A stretch of DNA of 64,000 nucleotides from Ignavibacteriales bacterium (GCA_037441705.1 JBBIRR010000016.1:10904-74903); one strand, 5' to 3'. Positions 46,713 to 56,403 are shown, counted from the first letter of the stretch. The notes: generated by a model not told the origin, from the letters alone. Numbers and translations are program-made.

Positions 46713-49096
46713 TGATTGTCGATCGCCTTGATGGTTCGTGACAGACGCTCGTCCGGTACAGGACGGGCCGGCTCATCGTCACGCGGTATTTCTTTTTCCC
46801 GAGGCAGCTGCGCATCGTCTTCCGTCATTGCCGATGCCGTCGTTTTGCTCTCCTTGCGCTCCTCCTCTTTGTCCATCTCAGGATACTTGACCCGACTGTG
46901 GTACACGCCGACAAGAACATTCAGAAACGCTTTCTTGATCTTGGTGAGATCTTTCAGAGTCAACGGGCATTCATCTAACTCCCCTTCTTCAAACCGCTTC
47001 TTGATGAGATCGTCTATCATCGCCTCGAGTTTTTGGGGGGATGGATCATCCAATGATCGGGCTGCCGCCTCGATCGAGTCGGCAAGCATCAGAATGCCGG
47101 TTTCTTTGGTTTGCGGTTTCGGACCCGGGTAGCGATAGTCCTGCTCGTTGATTTCGTCGATCTTGGTTTCGTCATCCGAATTCTGCGCCATCGCCAGAGC
47201 TTTGTGGTAGAAGAAGTCGATCAGCGTCGTGCCATGATGCTGGGGGATAAAGGCGACAACCTCTTCGGGCAGATTGTACTCACGCGCGAGGGCGATCCCC
47301 TTCTTGACGTGATTTTGAATGATGAGCGAACTCATGCGCGGCGCAAGCTTCTCGTGCCGGTTCCGGGAGCCTTTCTGGTTCTCGACAAAGTACGTCGGCT
47401 TTTCGATCTTGCCGATGTCGTGGAAATACGCGCCCACGCGGGCAAGCACTTCGTTTGCCCCGACCGCTGCCGCGGCGGCCTCGGCAAGATTGGCCATCGT
47501 CATGCTGTGATGATAGGTGCCGGGAGCCTTCTCCGACAACATCTTCAACAGCGGATGATGAAACTGACCGAGTTCGATCAACGTGAGATCGGTCGTCACT
47601 TTGAAATATCGTTCGAAGAAGATGAGCAGTCCGAACGTGAGGACGGGAGAGATGAGCGAGTTTGCCAGTGCGAACGTCAACTCCTCCACCAGGGTGCCCA
47701 CCTCCTCGATACGCTCCAGCCCGAGAGCAATGATCGTGATGGCATAGCCCAGGAAGATAAAGCCAAAGGAGCGGATGATCTGCGAGCGGTTCCGAATATC
47801 CCGCACGGTGTACACGCCGAGCGCGCCCGCAACAAGTGCCGCCAGCGCAACCGTGTAGTCATTGCCCCAAACGCCGCCGACCAGATACGCCGTCACCATC
47901 GTGCCGTACAATCCCACACGCGAGTCGAAGATGATCGTAAGCAACATCGATGCAGCCGGAACGGCAATCAGGTACTCCAACGGTGCGGCGACATTGAGCA
48001 CCCGCGTGAGGTACGCGAAGAAACACTCCATCAGGATCAACAAGGCGATCAACGCGAGACGGCGGTTGTTCCCGAAAATTCGCTTGCGAAACAGCCAGAG
48101 GTAGATCACGAACGGCGTCAGCACAATACCCACGTGGAGAAATGTCCCGACCATTTGCAGCGGTCCGACGGCAACGGAACCGCGCTCGTGTCTCGCTTTG
48201 CGCAGCGAATCAATTTTCTGCTTGATCTCCGGTGTAATTCGCTCGTTCTTGCCGATGATGCGATCGCCCTCCTGCACAAACCCCGCCGTCCGGGGCACAG
48301 ACTCAATGGCGACCTGCAGCGCACGCTCGGTCGCCCCCGCGTTGTACTTCACGTTCGGCAACAAATGAACGAGGGCGATCTTGCGGGCGACTTCGAGCGT
48401 ATCGTTCATTCCTGCATAGTGGGCCAAGAGATCGCGTTCCATACGCGCTGCGGCCTCTTCTTCATCGAGAAATGTGTCAAGGGGAAGGATTTCCTCCACC
48501 GTTCCTTTGCGCAATGCCACCTCGCGTCGGGGCAGCGTTTTCTTCTCTACATCGAGAATCCCCTGATCGAGGCAACTCCGCATCGAAGTCTCGATCACTT
48601 CCTGCATTGCTGTCAGCGCCTCGCTCGAGAGGCTTGCAAGCGCCTTCCACTCGTGCTCATGAAATCTCAACTCCACCTGCTCGAGAAGCCGGGCTGCGCG
48701 CGCCGAATCTGCCGGGCTGTTCGATGCTCGGTACCGGGCCTGTGCGCGCAGGGCCTCCTGCAATCGGGCAAAGAACGTTCTCAACTGCTCGACCTGCTGT
48801 TCGGTCCGGGTTCCGTTGCGCTCGAACACGGGATAGGCACGCGCCTTAGCTTCCTGCACATCGCGCTGGTATTCGGCCGGATCACGAAGGATGGGAAACG
48901 AAAACGGAGCGTACAAATCGTTCTGAGGCCAGAGGCCCCCCACCCGATATTCGGCCTCAATGGCTTCGCCGCGCGGGAAGAGCAGGCCGACAAGAACCAC
49001 CAGCCCGAGTGCGAGCGTTAGCTTCGTGGCAAGTTCGCGCGACAAACGCAGGCCGCGCAGGTACGCCCACATCCTATGCTGTTTCTCCTCTGGCAT
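46709..49096 (-). CDS. 7TM-HD family membrane phosphohydrolase (PgpH-like cyclic-di-AMP phosphodiesterase)
   Basis: Extracellular domain, 7 TMs, APGTYHHS, HDIGK, HHGT, YPGPKPQTKE and LADSIEAA. Confidence 0.9.
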   Translation of the reverse strand: MPEEKQHRMWAYLRGLRLSRELATKLTLALGLVVLVGLLFPRGEAIEAEYRVGGLWPQNDLYAPFSFPILRDPAEYQRDVQEAKARAYPVFERNGTRTEQQVEQLRTFFARLQEALRAQARYRASNSPADSARAARLLEQVELRFHEHEWKALASLSSEALTAMQEVIETSMRSCLDQGILDVEKKTLPRREVALRKGTVEEILPLDTFLDEEEAAARMERDLLAHYAGMNDTLEVARKIALVHLLPNVKYNAGATERALQVAIESVPRTAGFVQEGDRIIGKNERITPEIKQKIDSLRKARHERGSVAVGPLQMVGTFLHVGIVLTPFVIYLWLFRKRIFGNNRRLALIALLILMECFFAYLTRVLNVAAPLEYLIAVPAASMLLTIIFDSRVGLYGTMVTAYLVGGVWGNDYTVALAALVAGALGVYTVRDIRNRSQIIRSFGFIFLGYAITIIALGLERIEEVGTLVEELTFALANSLISPVLTFGLLIFFERYFKVTTDLTLIELGQFHHPLLKMLSEKAPGTYHHSMTMANLAEAAAAAVGANEVLARVGAYFHDIGKIEKPTYFVENQKGSRNRHEKLAPRMSSLIIQNHVKKGIALAREYNLPEEVVAFIPQHHGTTLIDFFYHKALAMAQNSDDETKIDEINEQDYRYPGPKPQTKETGILMLADSIEAAARSLDDPSPQKLEAMIDDLIKKRFEEGELDECPLTLKDLTKIKKAFLNVLVGVYHSRVKYPEMDKEEERKESKTTASAMTEDDAQLPREKEIPRDDEPARPVPDERLSRTIKAIDNQ

Positions 49097-49218
49097 CGAC
49101 GTGTTGGGAAGAATTTCTTGGAGAAATATCAGAAGATTGATGTAGAGAAGCAACGCAGGAAAGCAAAACGCCTCACCCGAGTCACGGATGAGGCGTCGTG
49201 CAGCAACACTCACCACGC

Positions 49219-49620
49219 TCAGTTATTCTTCGCTCCCTGATCAATCCATGTCGCAATGGTCTTTATCTCATCGCCGGTGAGCCAGACGGCCTTCCCCTCC
49301 TGAATCTTCTTCTTCGAGTTCAACGGCATCCGATCGCCGAACGGCGGGTTCTCGCTCAACTTCTGAATCAACAGACTCTCGGCGGACTTCCCCGGCTTGA
49401 AGGGAACGCCGTGCTTCCCCCCTTGCGCAATCTGATCGTACGAATCCATGCTCAGCTCGCTCGGATTGAAATTGTCTTCCGCATGGCACGGAAGACATTT
49501 TGCTTTGATGATGGGAAAGACATCGTTCTTAAACGACACCGTTGTCTTCTTTTCCCCCTGTGCAAATGTAATCACACCCACAGCAACAAGAGCGAAGATG
49601 AAACCACCGAGACGTTTCAT
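49219..49620 (-). CDS. Periplasmic monoheme c-type cytochrome (Planctomycete cytochrome C-like fold)
   Basis: Signal peptide, VSF..DV.PI...CLPCH, PG...SLL, RMP and WIDQGA. Confidence 0.82.
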   Translation of the reverse strand: MKRLGGFIFALVAVGVITFAQGEKKTTVSFKNDVFPIIKAKCLPCHAEDNFNPSELSMDSYDQIAQGGKHGVPFKPGKSAESLLIQKLSENPPFGDRMPLNSKKKIQEGKAVWLTGDEIKTIATWIDQGAKNN

Positions 49621-49690
49621 GTATTCTCCTCTGATTGTTCAGACTTGCTACCGCAGAATATAACCATCTTTCCACAGAAATGGTTGCAGG

Positions 49691-50404
49691 CTAATTGTTC
49701 AGCGCGCCTTGCCTGATCCAATCCCTTATAAGTTGAATAGAAGCCGACGGCAATGCCGAACCACCCAGCGGCATGCGGTTGCCGCACGTTGAACCTTCGA
49801 GCCGCTTGACGAGAACGCTGTTGTTCGCATCGCCGGGTAGGACACGCTTCTGGCCCTGACACGAACCAACCGAAGCGTTTTGATTCACCAACTGTCCATA
49901 GCTCACGCCTGCTTCCAGCGAAAAGGGTGCGCCGCCGCCGGGGTGACATCCGGCGTTGACGCAGTTGTTCGTGAAGATCGGTTGAACCTGATTTGCAAAT
50001 GAAACGAGTGTGGCCGTTACCCTTATTTCGATCTCGATTTCATTCTCTTCATGCAGCGGCGCATCGGGGAATGAATCATGCGTGTCGGAATCTTTCACCT
50101 TCACGCTTGTTATGCCCGAGACACTCCCGCTCGCCGCCTGGATCACAAGTGTCCCCGTTCCATCCGCATTGTTGGTGAGCGTCGCCGTCGCCAGCAAGGG
50201 ATCGGGTTGGCGGCTGATGCTGTACGGAGGATTTCCCCCGCTGATGGTGACTGTGGCCTGGCCACCCGGATTGAGCGTCACCGAAAACGTGGATGCCACG
50301 AGGGCAGGTCGTCCAATCGCATCTCCCAAATCCTTACAGCTCTGTCCCAGAAGTACGAGCGCAGCGAGCGCAACAATCACGACAAGAACTCTTTTGGCCA
50401 TCAT
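49691..50404 (-). CDS. Lipoprotein with an Ig-like domain and a cytochrome c-like domain (atypical CX4CH)
   Basis: Lipobox GQSC; VSF..QVQPIF...CVNAGCH, VLPGD..NS.L, RMP and WIRQGA. Confidence 0.75.
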   Translation of the reverse strand: MMAKRVLVVIVALAALVLLGQSCKDLGDAIGRPALVASTFSVTLNPGGQATVTISGGNPPYSISRQPDPLLATATLTNNADGTGTLVIQAASGSVSGITSVKVKDSDTHDSFPDAPLHEENEIEIEIRVTATLVSFANQVQPIFTNNCVNAGCHPGGGAPFSLEAGVSYGQLVNQNASVGSCQGQKRVLPGDANNSVLVKRLEGSTCGNRMPLGGSALPSASIQLIRDWIRQGALNN

Positions 50405-50416
50405 TTCAGTCTCCTC

Positions 50417-51544
50417 CTACAGATAGAAATGAATGAGAAGATTGAACTCATCGTTGGAGATGTTCGTCGGGTCTTCACGATTGATCCGGTACAGTGGACG
50501 AACCTCTACCCCGCTGATGGGGAAAAATTCCAGGCCAACGCTGTAGCGCGAGATGGACCCGGTCTTGAGGTCAATGTCCGGGTCGGCAAACTCGTACATA
50601 AATTTAAGATCAACACCCGATGCCACCACAACATCGGCTTCCACGAGCGAGACAAGACCTGTGACTGTCGCGCCGCCCGCCTTGTTCTTGATCCAATCTA
50701 CTTCGCCGAACACGGTGATGTCCTTGTAGCTAAACGACCCGAGCGCCCCGAACACCGTCAGGCGCGAACCTGCGCCCAGCTCTTTCGTGAACACGTTGCC
50801 GCCTACACCCAGATGCATATCGTCCGACAGTTTGAAGATGCCGTCGGCCCGCCCGAGCAGGGCCTTGTTCTTCGAAACGCCGGCGCCGAAACCGTCCGCG
50901 GCGTTGTACACACCGCCCAGAATGTTCACGGGACCGGGACTGAACCCGAGTTCCGCTCCGGTTAGCTCGGCGCGACCGCTTTCGGGGTTGAAGCCTGTCC
51001 GATCGCGAATGAATGTACGATGATCATCCAATCGCGTTCCGTAGTTGGGAAGGAATTTGCCAATCTTGATGTAGCCGTTGCCCGGAAGCAGATTGAGTAT
51101 GCCGAAGATTTCAAATCCCGAGTAGATCCCCTTATCAAGATAGATGTTCACTTTCTTCGCGAGACGGAAGTTGAGATACACATCTCCCTGCATCTGGAAG
51201 AAGGCGTTGTTGGTTGTGGAGGATGTGCCCGCACCTCCACCCGCCGTATCGGGAATCTGTTGAGCATAGAACAGCGTGCGGAAATCTGCCCCAACCGAAA
51301 CGAAGTCATTGAGCTTGGTGGAGAAATCATCCAGACTGAACTCATCCGACCAGGTTGGCACGGGTAGCGTCTCGCGTCCATACTGCTGACCGAATGCCTG
51401 CCGCATCCCGCCACCTGCTGGATTGACGTGACACGACTGACACTTGGCGCCCGTACGACTGGCGAAACGGGGCAAGCCGTATGCATGCTCAATCAGAACA
51501 CAGCAGAGGAGCATGAAGACAGAACGAAACAAGAGCTTCTTCAT
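50417..51544 (-). CDS. Outer-membrane beta-barrel/porin with an N-terminal CxxCH motif
   Basis: Signal peptide, LPRFASRTGAKCQSCHVNP, amphipathic beta-strands and C-terminal LIHFYL. Confidence 0.75.
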   Translation of the reverse strand: MKKLLFRSVFMLLCCVLIEHAYGLPRFASRTGAKCQSCHVNPAGGGMRQAFGQQYGRETLPVPTWSDEFSLDDFSTKLNDFVSVGADFRTLFYAQQIPDTAGGGAGTSSTTNNAFFQMQGDVYLNFRLAKKVNIYLDKGIYSGFEIFGILNLLPGNGYIKIGKFLPNYGTRLDDHRTFIRDRTGFNPESGRAELTGAELGFSPGPVNILGGVYNAADGFGAGVSKNKALLGRADGIFKLSDDMHLGVGGNVFTKELGAGSRLTVFGALGSFSYKDITVFGEVDWIKNKAGGATVTGLVSLVEADVVVASGVDLKFMYEFADPDIDLKTGSISRYSVGLEFFPISGVEVRPLYRINREDPTNISNDEFNLLIHFYL

Positions 51545-51604
51545 AAGGGGACTCCTTGTGTTGGTGATATGTTAGCAGCCGATGAAAGGATTCGGGCGAA
51601 TGCA

Positions 51605-51651
51605 ACCTTGTCAAGGTGAGGCAATATAGCAAGTGCAGCGGAGGGAGTCAA
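51605..51651 (-). promoter_or_regulatory. Sigma70 promoter and palindromic operator for the porin-cytochrome operon
   Basis: TTGACT-17-TATATT; inverted repeat ACCTTG-T-CAAGGT (51605-51617) at the predicted start site. Confidence 0.55.
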
Positions 51652-51766
51652 CAACGTACAAGCGAGGCGCGCTGCTTGACATGAAAAGGCGCTACGCCTC
51701 GCTTCTTTCTTTACGGTGTGTCAGAGAGAGGTACTCGCAACACGGTACTCACGGGCCACGCGGGGG

Positions 51767-52483
51767 TTATTTCCCGGAGGAAACCAGAAGCACGAGCAAA
51801 AGGACTGCCGACGCTATGCCTACAATGACCAGTCCAGACTCCCTCCAAACACTACCCGCAGTGCGCTGAGTTGGATTCACTTCACCAAAGTAGACAATAT
51901 CATCTAAAGGAATGACCAATACACTCTCTTCGACCTGCAAAGCAAGCGCAACATTACGCGGAAGTGCTGTCCCCGCCAGACTCATCCTCCACAGCTTCTC
52001 CATCTCATAGGGTGTTCCGTTCACGCTTTCCATGCGCATCTTCGAAAGCTTATCGAGCGGGGCTTCTAAGGATCGGCTCAAATCGGCCGTCTGCAATCGA
52101 ACCGTGCCGTTTCCAAAGCCACGAAAGATGTACGGCACGGGGGTGGTCGTCTGCGTCAGGAAAACCGAATCTCCGAAATTGGGAAGCGCAATCGTACCGT
52201 CAAGCGATTCGGTAAACATTTTATACCTCGCTGCATACGTTGCCGGCTCGAGGTGCACATACGACTTGATGGAACCCACAAAGACAGTAGAATCCATGAG
52301 CACAACCCTGACGAAGGAACCTAGTTTAAGGTTGGAGACCGTGTCTTTAGGCAATGGAATCCTATCGAGACCTATCTCAATCACCTCACCAATTGTAGGA
52401 GCACAACCGCTGGACGCAACAAGAGAGTAGATGATGATACCAACTCCAAAGACAACACACACAACAGAAAATCGTTTTTGCAT
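51767..52483 (-). CDS. Hypothetical membrane-anchored protein (paralog A)
   Basis: SD GGAGGAGG, N-terminal hydrophobic segment with SGC and a C-terminal TM helix. Paralog of 52677-53402. Confidence 0.75.
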   Translation of the reverse strand: MQKRFSVVCVVFGVGIIIYSLVASSGCAPTIGEVIEIGLDRIPLPKDTVSNLKLGSFVRVVLMDSTVFVGSIKSYVHLEPATYAARYKMFTESLDGTIALPNFGDSVFLTQTTTPVPYIFRGFGNGTVRLQTADLSRSLEAPLDKLSKMRMESVNGTPYEMEKLWRMSLAGTALPRNVALALQVEESVLVIPLDDIVYFGEVNPTQRTAGSVWRESGLVIVGIASAVLLLVLLVSSGK

Positions 52484-52676
52484 GCCTCCTCCTGATGAAG
52501 AAATTACGCGTGTAATAAGCAAAATGGAGAAAGGGTTGAATTCGAAAAGGTCAATCGTTCATCCATCGTACGGAATGACATTACAATGGCTTGCACATGT
52601 CCGGGAGTTATTGTCGAGGTCGTTCCTCATTTCCCGTTCGCATCGGAATTGGATGAACATAACTTTGAGAGGGGGC

Positions 52677-53402
52677 TCATTTCCGGTCATAGAGCACAAT
52701 CGCGAGAATCAACGCCCCCAAAGCGATCGTCAAGACGATTTCTGCCACGCCAACCGCTACCCAGCCCCCAGCCCCAAGTTTTGGATTTCTCTGCTGAAGG
52801 AAACGAACATCATCAATCGCAAGAGTCTCTGCCCGCGCTTCCGTCTGCACAACAAACCCGACATTGTGCGGAAGCGGAAAAGACTCTCGCTTCAGAGTCA
52901 TCCTCCATAGCTTTTCGACGTCATAGGGTGTTCCGGTGACGCTTTCCATGCGCGCAGTCAAAAGCCTTTCGAACGCGACGCTCCTCCAATACTTCAAATC
53001 GGCTGACTGCAATCGAACCGTGCCATTTCCAAAGCCACGAAAGATGTAGAGCCTGCGAACGTCCTTCTGAGTCAGGAAAACCGAATCTCCGATTCTCGGA
53101 AGTACGATCCTGTTGCTGACCGAGTCATAAAACTTTCGATATCGTGCGGCGTACTCTGCCGAGTCCAGCTCTGAATGCGAGCTTAGTGTCCCCACAACAA
53201 TTGTAGAATCAGCAAGTACAACCCTGATGGGCGTGCCTGTCTTAAGATAAAGTAAAGAGCCTTTTGACAGATCGATCCAATCCGGCTCCGCCGATTCCTT
53301 GGCTGCATGAAACAACGCATTGCACCCGTGGAAGTTGGCAGCAGATGCGATGATGAGAACAAGCCGAATGAGGGTAGCCGCAGGCGAAGGTGGTCTTCCC
53401 AT
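52677..53402 (-). CDS. Hypothetical membrane-anchored protein (paralog B)
   Basis: SD GGAGGAG, HGC lipobox-like motif, core shared with paralog A (GDSVFLTQ, YIFRGFGNGTVRLQ.ADL, MESV.GTPY..EKLWRM) and a C-terminal TM helix. Confidence 0.75.
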   Translation of the reverse strand: MGRPPSPAATLIRLVLIIASAANFHGCNALFHAAKESAEPDWIDLSKGSLLYLKTGTPIRVVLADSTIVVGTLSSHSELDSAEYAARYRKFYDSVSNRIVLPRIGDSVFLTQKDVRRLYIFRGFGNGTVRLQSADLKYWRSVAFERLLTARMESVTGTPYDVEKLWRMTLKRESFPLPHNVGFVVQTEARAETLAIDDVRFLQQRNPKLGAGGWVAVGVAEIVLTIALGALILAIVLYDRK

Positions 53403-53475
53403 GTCTCCTCCGATTAAGGACTCACATGCGTTATTTACAGAAAGGTAGAAAGCAACAATCTGCGGAAATCTGATT

Positions 53476-54078
53476 CTACTTGCTCAATCGTTCATCTATC
53501 AAGTCTTGCAGATACTCCGGCTCCTCCTCTATGAAGCGAGAAAACCGTACAAGCTTCAACAAGTCGGAGTCTTTGGAACCATCGTAGATGATGACACCAC
53601 CATGCCCTGAACCGAGGTAGCTCGCTCCTCCGCCTAACCCTCCGCCTACCACCATGCCAGCGGCCGCACCCTCCCATCGTAGGTCCTTCCTTCTGCGCTC
53701 CCCCCAACAGCCGCGTACTTCCTCTTCTTGGTCTAAACCGACGGCATACCCCACGATTCCGCCAAGTGCACATCCTATCATGAGACCCGGCATGGTTCGA
53801 GAAGCGAAATCTGGGCTCGCCTCGGTGGACGTGGTCACTTGACGAATGTCGTTACGCTGCAGCACCAAGACGATATCTTTCCTGGTCGCCAGGGCTTGAT
53901 TGCTTGCCCCATGCACCGTTGTAAACACAAGAACCGAATCTCGAACGGCGAGAATCTCTCCTTTGTACGCCTGTCCGGTCGTCGTCTTCAGTGTGACCTC
54001 CGCGCCGAACCGATCTACGATCTGCACGCCGATGGAAAGCGACGCAAGCATGAAAGCGAGAATACAACGTTTGAGCAT
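53476..54078 (-). CDS. Hypothetical exported protein with glycine-zipper-like hydrophobic segments
   Basis: SD GGAGG, signal peptide, Sm-like G...GE.LAV.DS segment and G-rich helices (GLMIGCALGGIVG, GMVVGGGLGGG). Confidence 0.7.
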   Translation of the reverse strand: MLKRCILAFMLASLSIGVQIVDRFGAEVTLKTTTGQAYKGEILAVRDSVLVFTTVHGASNQALATRKDIVLVLQRNDIRQVTTSTEASPDFASRTMPGLMIGCALGGIVGYAVGLDQEEEVRGCWGERRRKDLRWEGAAAGMVVGGGLGGGASYLGSGHGGVIIYDGSKDSDLLKLVRFSRFIEEEPEYLQDLIDERLSK

Positions 54079-54239
54079 GGCTCCCTCCTGATAGTTGTTG
54101 GGAAGTTGTTGTCTAATTGGAACCACGAACAGACGAAGCGCTTCTCCTGGAGATTCAAGTTCGTTGAGAACGCGAAAAGGCCTCAACGTTGAGATTCCAG
54201 ACGCTTCGTGGCCGACCCGTCAGCGGACGGCACGAATAT

Positions 54240-54296
54240 TCACCTTGCTGACGGCTTAGAGAAGAGGAGTGCGAAGAAGCTGCCGCGTATAATCAT
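54240..54296 (-). pseudogene. Possible truncated gene start (18 codons)
   Basis: Strong SD AAAGGAGG, then MIIRGSFFALLFSKPSAR and a stop. It sits where copy 1 of the duplicated leader has the T9SS gene start. Confidence 0.35.
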
Positions 54297-54518
54297 ACTG
54301 CAACCTCCTTTATTGTGGCTTAATGTGTGGAGCGTGCGACTGGTGATATCTCTCTGAAAGAAAGGCGGGTCATTGTGCGAGGCAAACATCGCACGCGGTG
54401 AGGCGGCAAACAATGCAGAACAGAGCATGTGTCTCGTCCTCGAAGACTACGAGCAGGAAGAAGAACAGGGCACTACGTCCATAGCTTTCGTCGGTGCGAC
54501 AGCTATAAAGACGGAGCA

Positions 54519-54547
54519 AATATAGCGGACGTCAATTACTTTGTCAA
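54519..54547 (-). promoter_or_regulatory. Sigma70 promoter (copy 2 of the duplicated leader)
   Basis: TTGACA-17-TATATT. Confidence 0.7.
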
Positions 54548-54582
54548 GAGGGGGCAAAAAGTGCCCGTTTATGACGAAAATC

Positions 54583-56271
54583 TCACTCCTTCCGTGCCGG
54601 ATCGACATACCGGATGCTAACCTTCGTGTTCACGTAGAACTGATCTTCAGCGACACGGAATTTCTCAGGTGCCAATTTGTCGACGCGCATCGTTTGCCAG
54701 GTTGTGGTGGGGGTGATGAAGATGTACACTCCTTCCTCGGACGTCACCTTGATCGGCATGCGGAAATCTTCTACCTCCGCGCGCCAGCGATAGCGCAGCG
54801 TAACGGCGGGACCTTTCTTGGTTACTTCAACTTCCAGCGTCGGTGGGTTTGTTCGTTTCAGATATTGTTCAAAGAAATATCCCCAATCCTGCCTGGTCTT
54901 CCCGTTCACGAGCTTGAAGATATCGTCGCCGTCAATGGACTTGTATTTGAAGCGCTGCTGGATGGTTCTCAAGATGTCCCACCACAACGAATCGTTGTTG
55001 ATCGCGTGGCGAAGCGTGTTGAGGACAAGCTGGCCCTTGTCGTACATATCGCCGGAGCCGCGATGGTGCACGCCGTACGTGCCCATGATCGGCCGGTCGT
55101 TGAGGACGTTGGGCTTCTTTCCGTTCACGTAGGACATCGCTTTGTCGTAGCCGAACAAACACTCGACGTACACCGCCTCCGCGTACGCACCGAAGCTCTC
55201 GTGAATCCACATGTCGGCAATGTCGTTAGAGGTGACGCTGTTGCCCCACCACTCATGCGCCGTCTCGTGCACGATGATGAAATCGAACATCAATCCCACT
55301 TCACTCGATGCATTACCCCTGTAGCCCTGAATATAGTGATTGCCGTAGGCCACCGCACTCTGATGTTCCATTCCTGTATGCGGCGCTTCAATCAACTTGT
55401 AGCCGTCACGGATGAACGGATACGGACCGAAGTACTTTTCGAAGCACTGCATCATCGGTTTGACTTGCGCGAACTGCCGCTGAGCCTTCTCGAGGTTCTC
55501 CGGTAGAACATAGTAATCGAGCGTCAGGGTGTCTTTGCCGTTCACATACACATCGCCGAAGTGTGCAAACTTGCCGATGTTCAACGTTACGTTGTAGTTA
55601 TTGATGGGATAACTCACGAACCAATCATATCGTGTCCATCCGTTGCCGAGGTCTTGCTTCTGCCGGAGTCTGCCGTTGGAGATGTTCATGAGGTTGGACG
55701 GGACAGTAACACTGATGAGCATGCTATCCGGCTCATCCGACTGGTGATCTTTGTTCGGCCACCACAGGCTGGCGCCCGTGCCCTGACATGTTACAGCAAC
55801 CCACGGGTTCCCTTCGCCATCACGCGCCCACGTAAAGCCGCCTGCCCATGGCGGTCGCCTGGCTTCCATCGGCACGCCGGAATAATGAATCGTGATCTCA
55901 TGCACGGCTTTGCGCTTGAGCTGCCGCGGAAAGTGAACATACACGGCAGTCAGTTCTCTCTCGAATCTCACGTCCGTTTGCCCATCGAACACAATCTTTT
56001 CGATCGTCATATTCTCGAAGAGATCAAGCTGCATCAGGTCGAAGTCGTTGACGACGCTGAAGCGAATCGTGTTGAAGCCGGCAATGGCCCTCGTCGTGGT
56101 ATCGACTTTGATGGAGAGATGATAGAACCTGACGTCGTAGCACGAACGAAGCGGTGTCAGCATGCCGCGCAGCGTATCGGCGCGGGTGAACGTGCGTTCG
56201 CCGGGTTGTGCTTGAAGGGAAAGTCCGCAGAGTCCTGCAAGTGCGCAGGAAAGAATCAAACGCAAGAGCAT
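54583..56271 (-). CDS. M1 family zinc aminopeptidase
   Basis: GMEHQ, HETAHEWWGN...WIHESF (HEXXH-18-E), YDKG and a signal peptide. Confidence 0.92.
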   Translation of the reverse strand: MLLRLILSCALAGLCGLSLQAQPGERTFTRADTLRGMLTPLRSCYDVRFYHLSIKVDTTTRAIAGFNTIRFSVVNDFDLMQLDLFENMTIEKIVFDGQTDVRFERELTAVYVHFPRQLKRKAVHEITIHYSGVPMEARRPPWAGGFTWARDGEGNPWVAVTCQGTGASLWWPNKDHQSDEPDSMLISVTVPSNLMNISNGRLRQKQDLGNGWTRYDWFVSYPINNYNVTLNIGKFAHFGDVYVNGKDTLTLDYYVLPENLEKAQRQFAQVKPMMQCFEKYFGPYPFIRDGYKLIEAPHTGMEHQSAVAYGNHYIQGYRGNASSEVGLMFDFIIVHETAHEWWGNSVTSNDIADMWIHESFGAYAEAVYVECLFGYDKAMSYVNGKKPNVLNDRPIMGTYGVHHRGSGDMYDKGQLVLNTLRHAINNDSLWWDILRTIQQRFKYKSIDGDDIFKLVNGKTRQDWGYFFEQYLKRTNPPTLEVEVTKKGPAVTLRYRWRAEVEDFRMPIKVTSEEGVYIFITPTTTWQTMRVDKLAPEKFRVAEDQFYVNTKVSIRYVDPARKE

Positions 56272-56360
56272 CTTCTTACGATAAATGATGTGAGACGATG
56301 GAAGTTGTCGAGAAAGACAGAACGGATGACACACAATCGGATTGGCCCGGTAAAATGGAA

Positions 56361-56388
56361 GGAGCGGGCTTCCGTGCATGCCCGCTCC
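56361..56388 (-). terminator. Probable intrinsic terminator of the T9SS cargo genes
   Basis: GGAGCGGGC-loop-GCCCGCTCC, followed on the minus strand by TTCCATTTT. Confidence 0.5.
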
Positions 56389-56403
56389 AGAAAACCTCCA
56401 ATG

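Noticed and set aside
47111-49021. Long antisense ORFs (also 490-1815, 27673-29187, 34625-35926, 55561-56838)
   Set aside because: They are shadow frames of well-supported genes in GC-rich DNA, with no motifs of their own.
51660-54230. Integron cassette array with attC sites
   Set aside because: The intergenic hairpins lack recognisable RYYYAAC...GTTRRRY boundaries and are not similar to each other.
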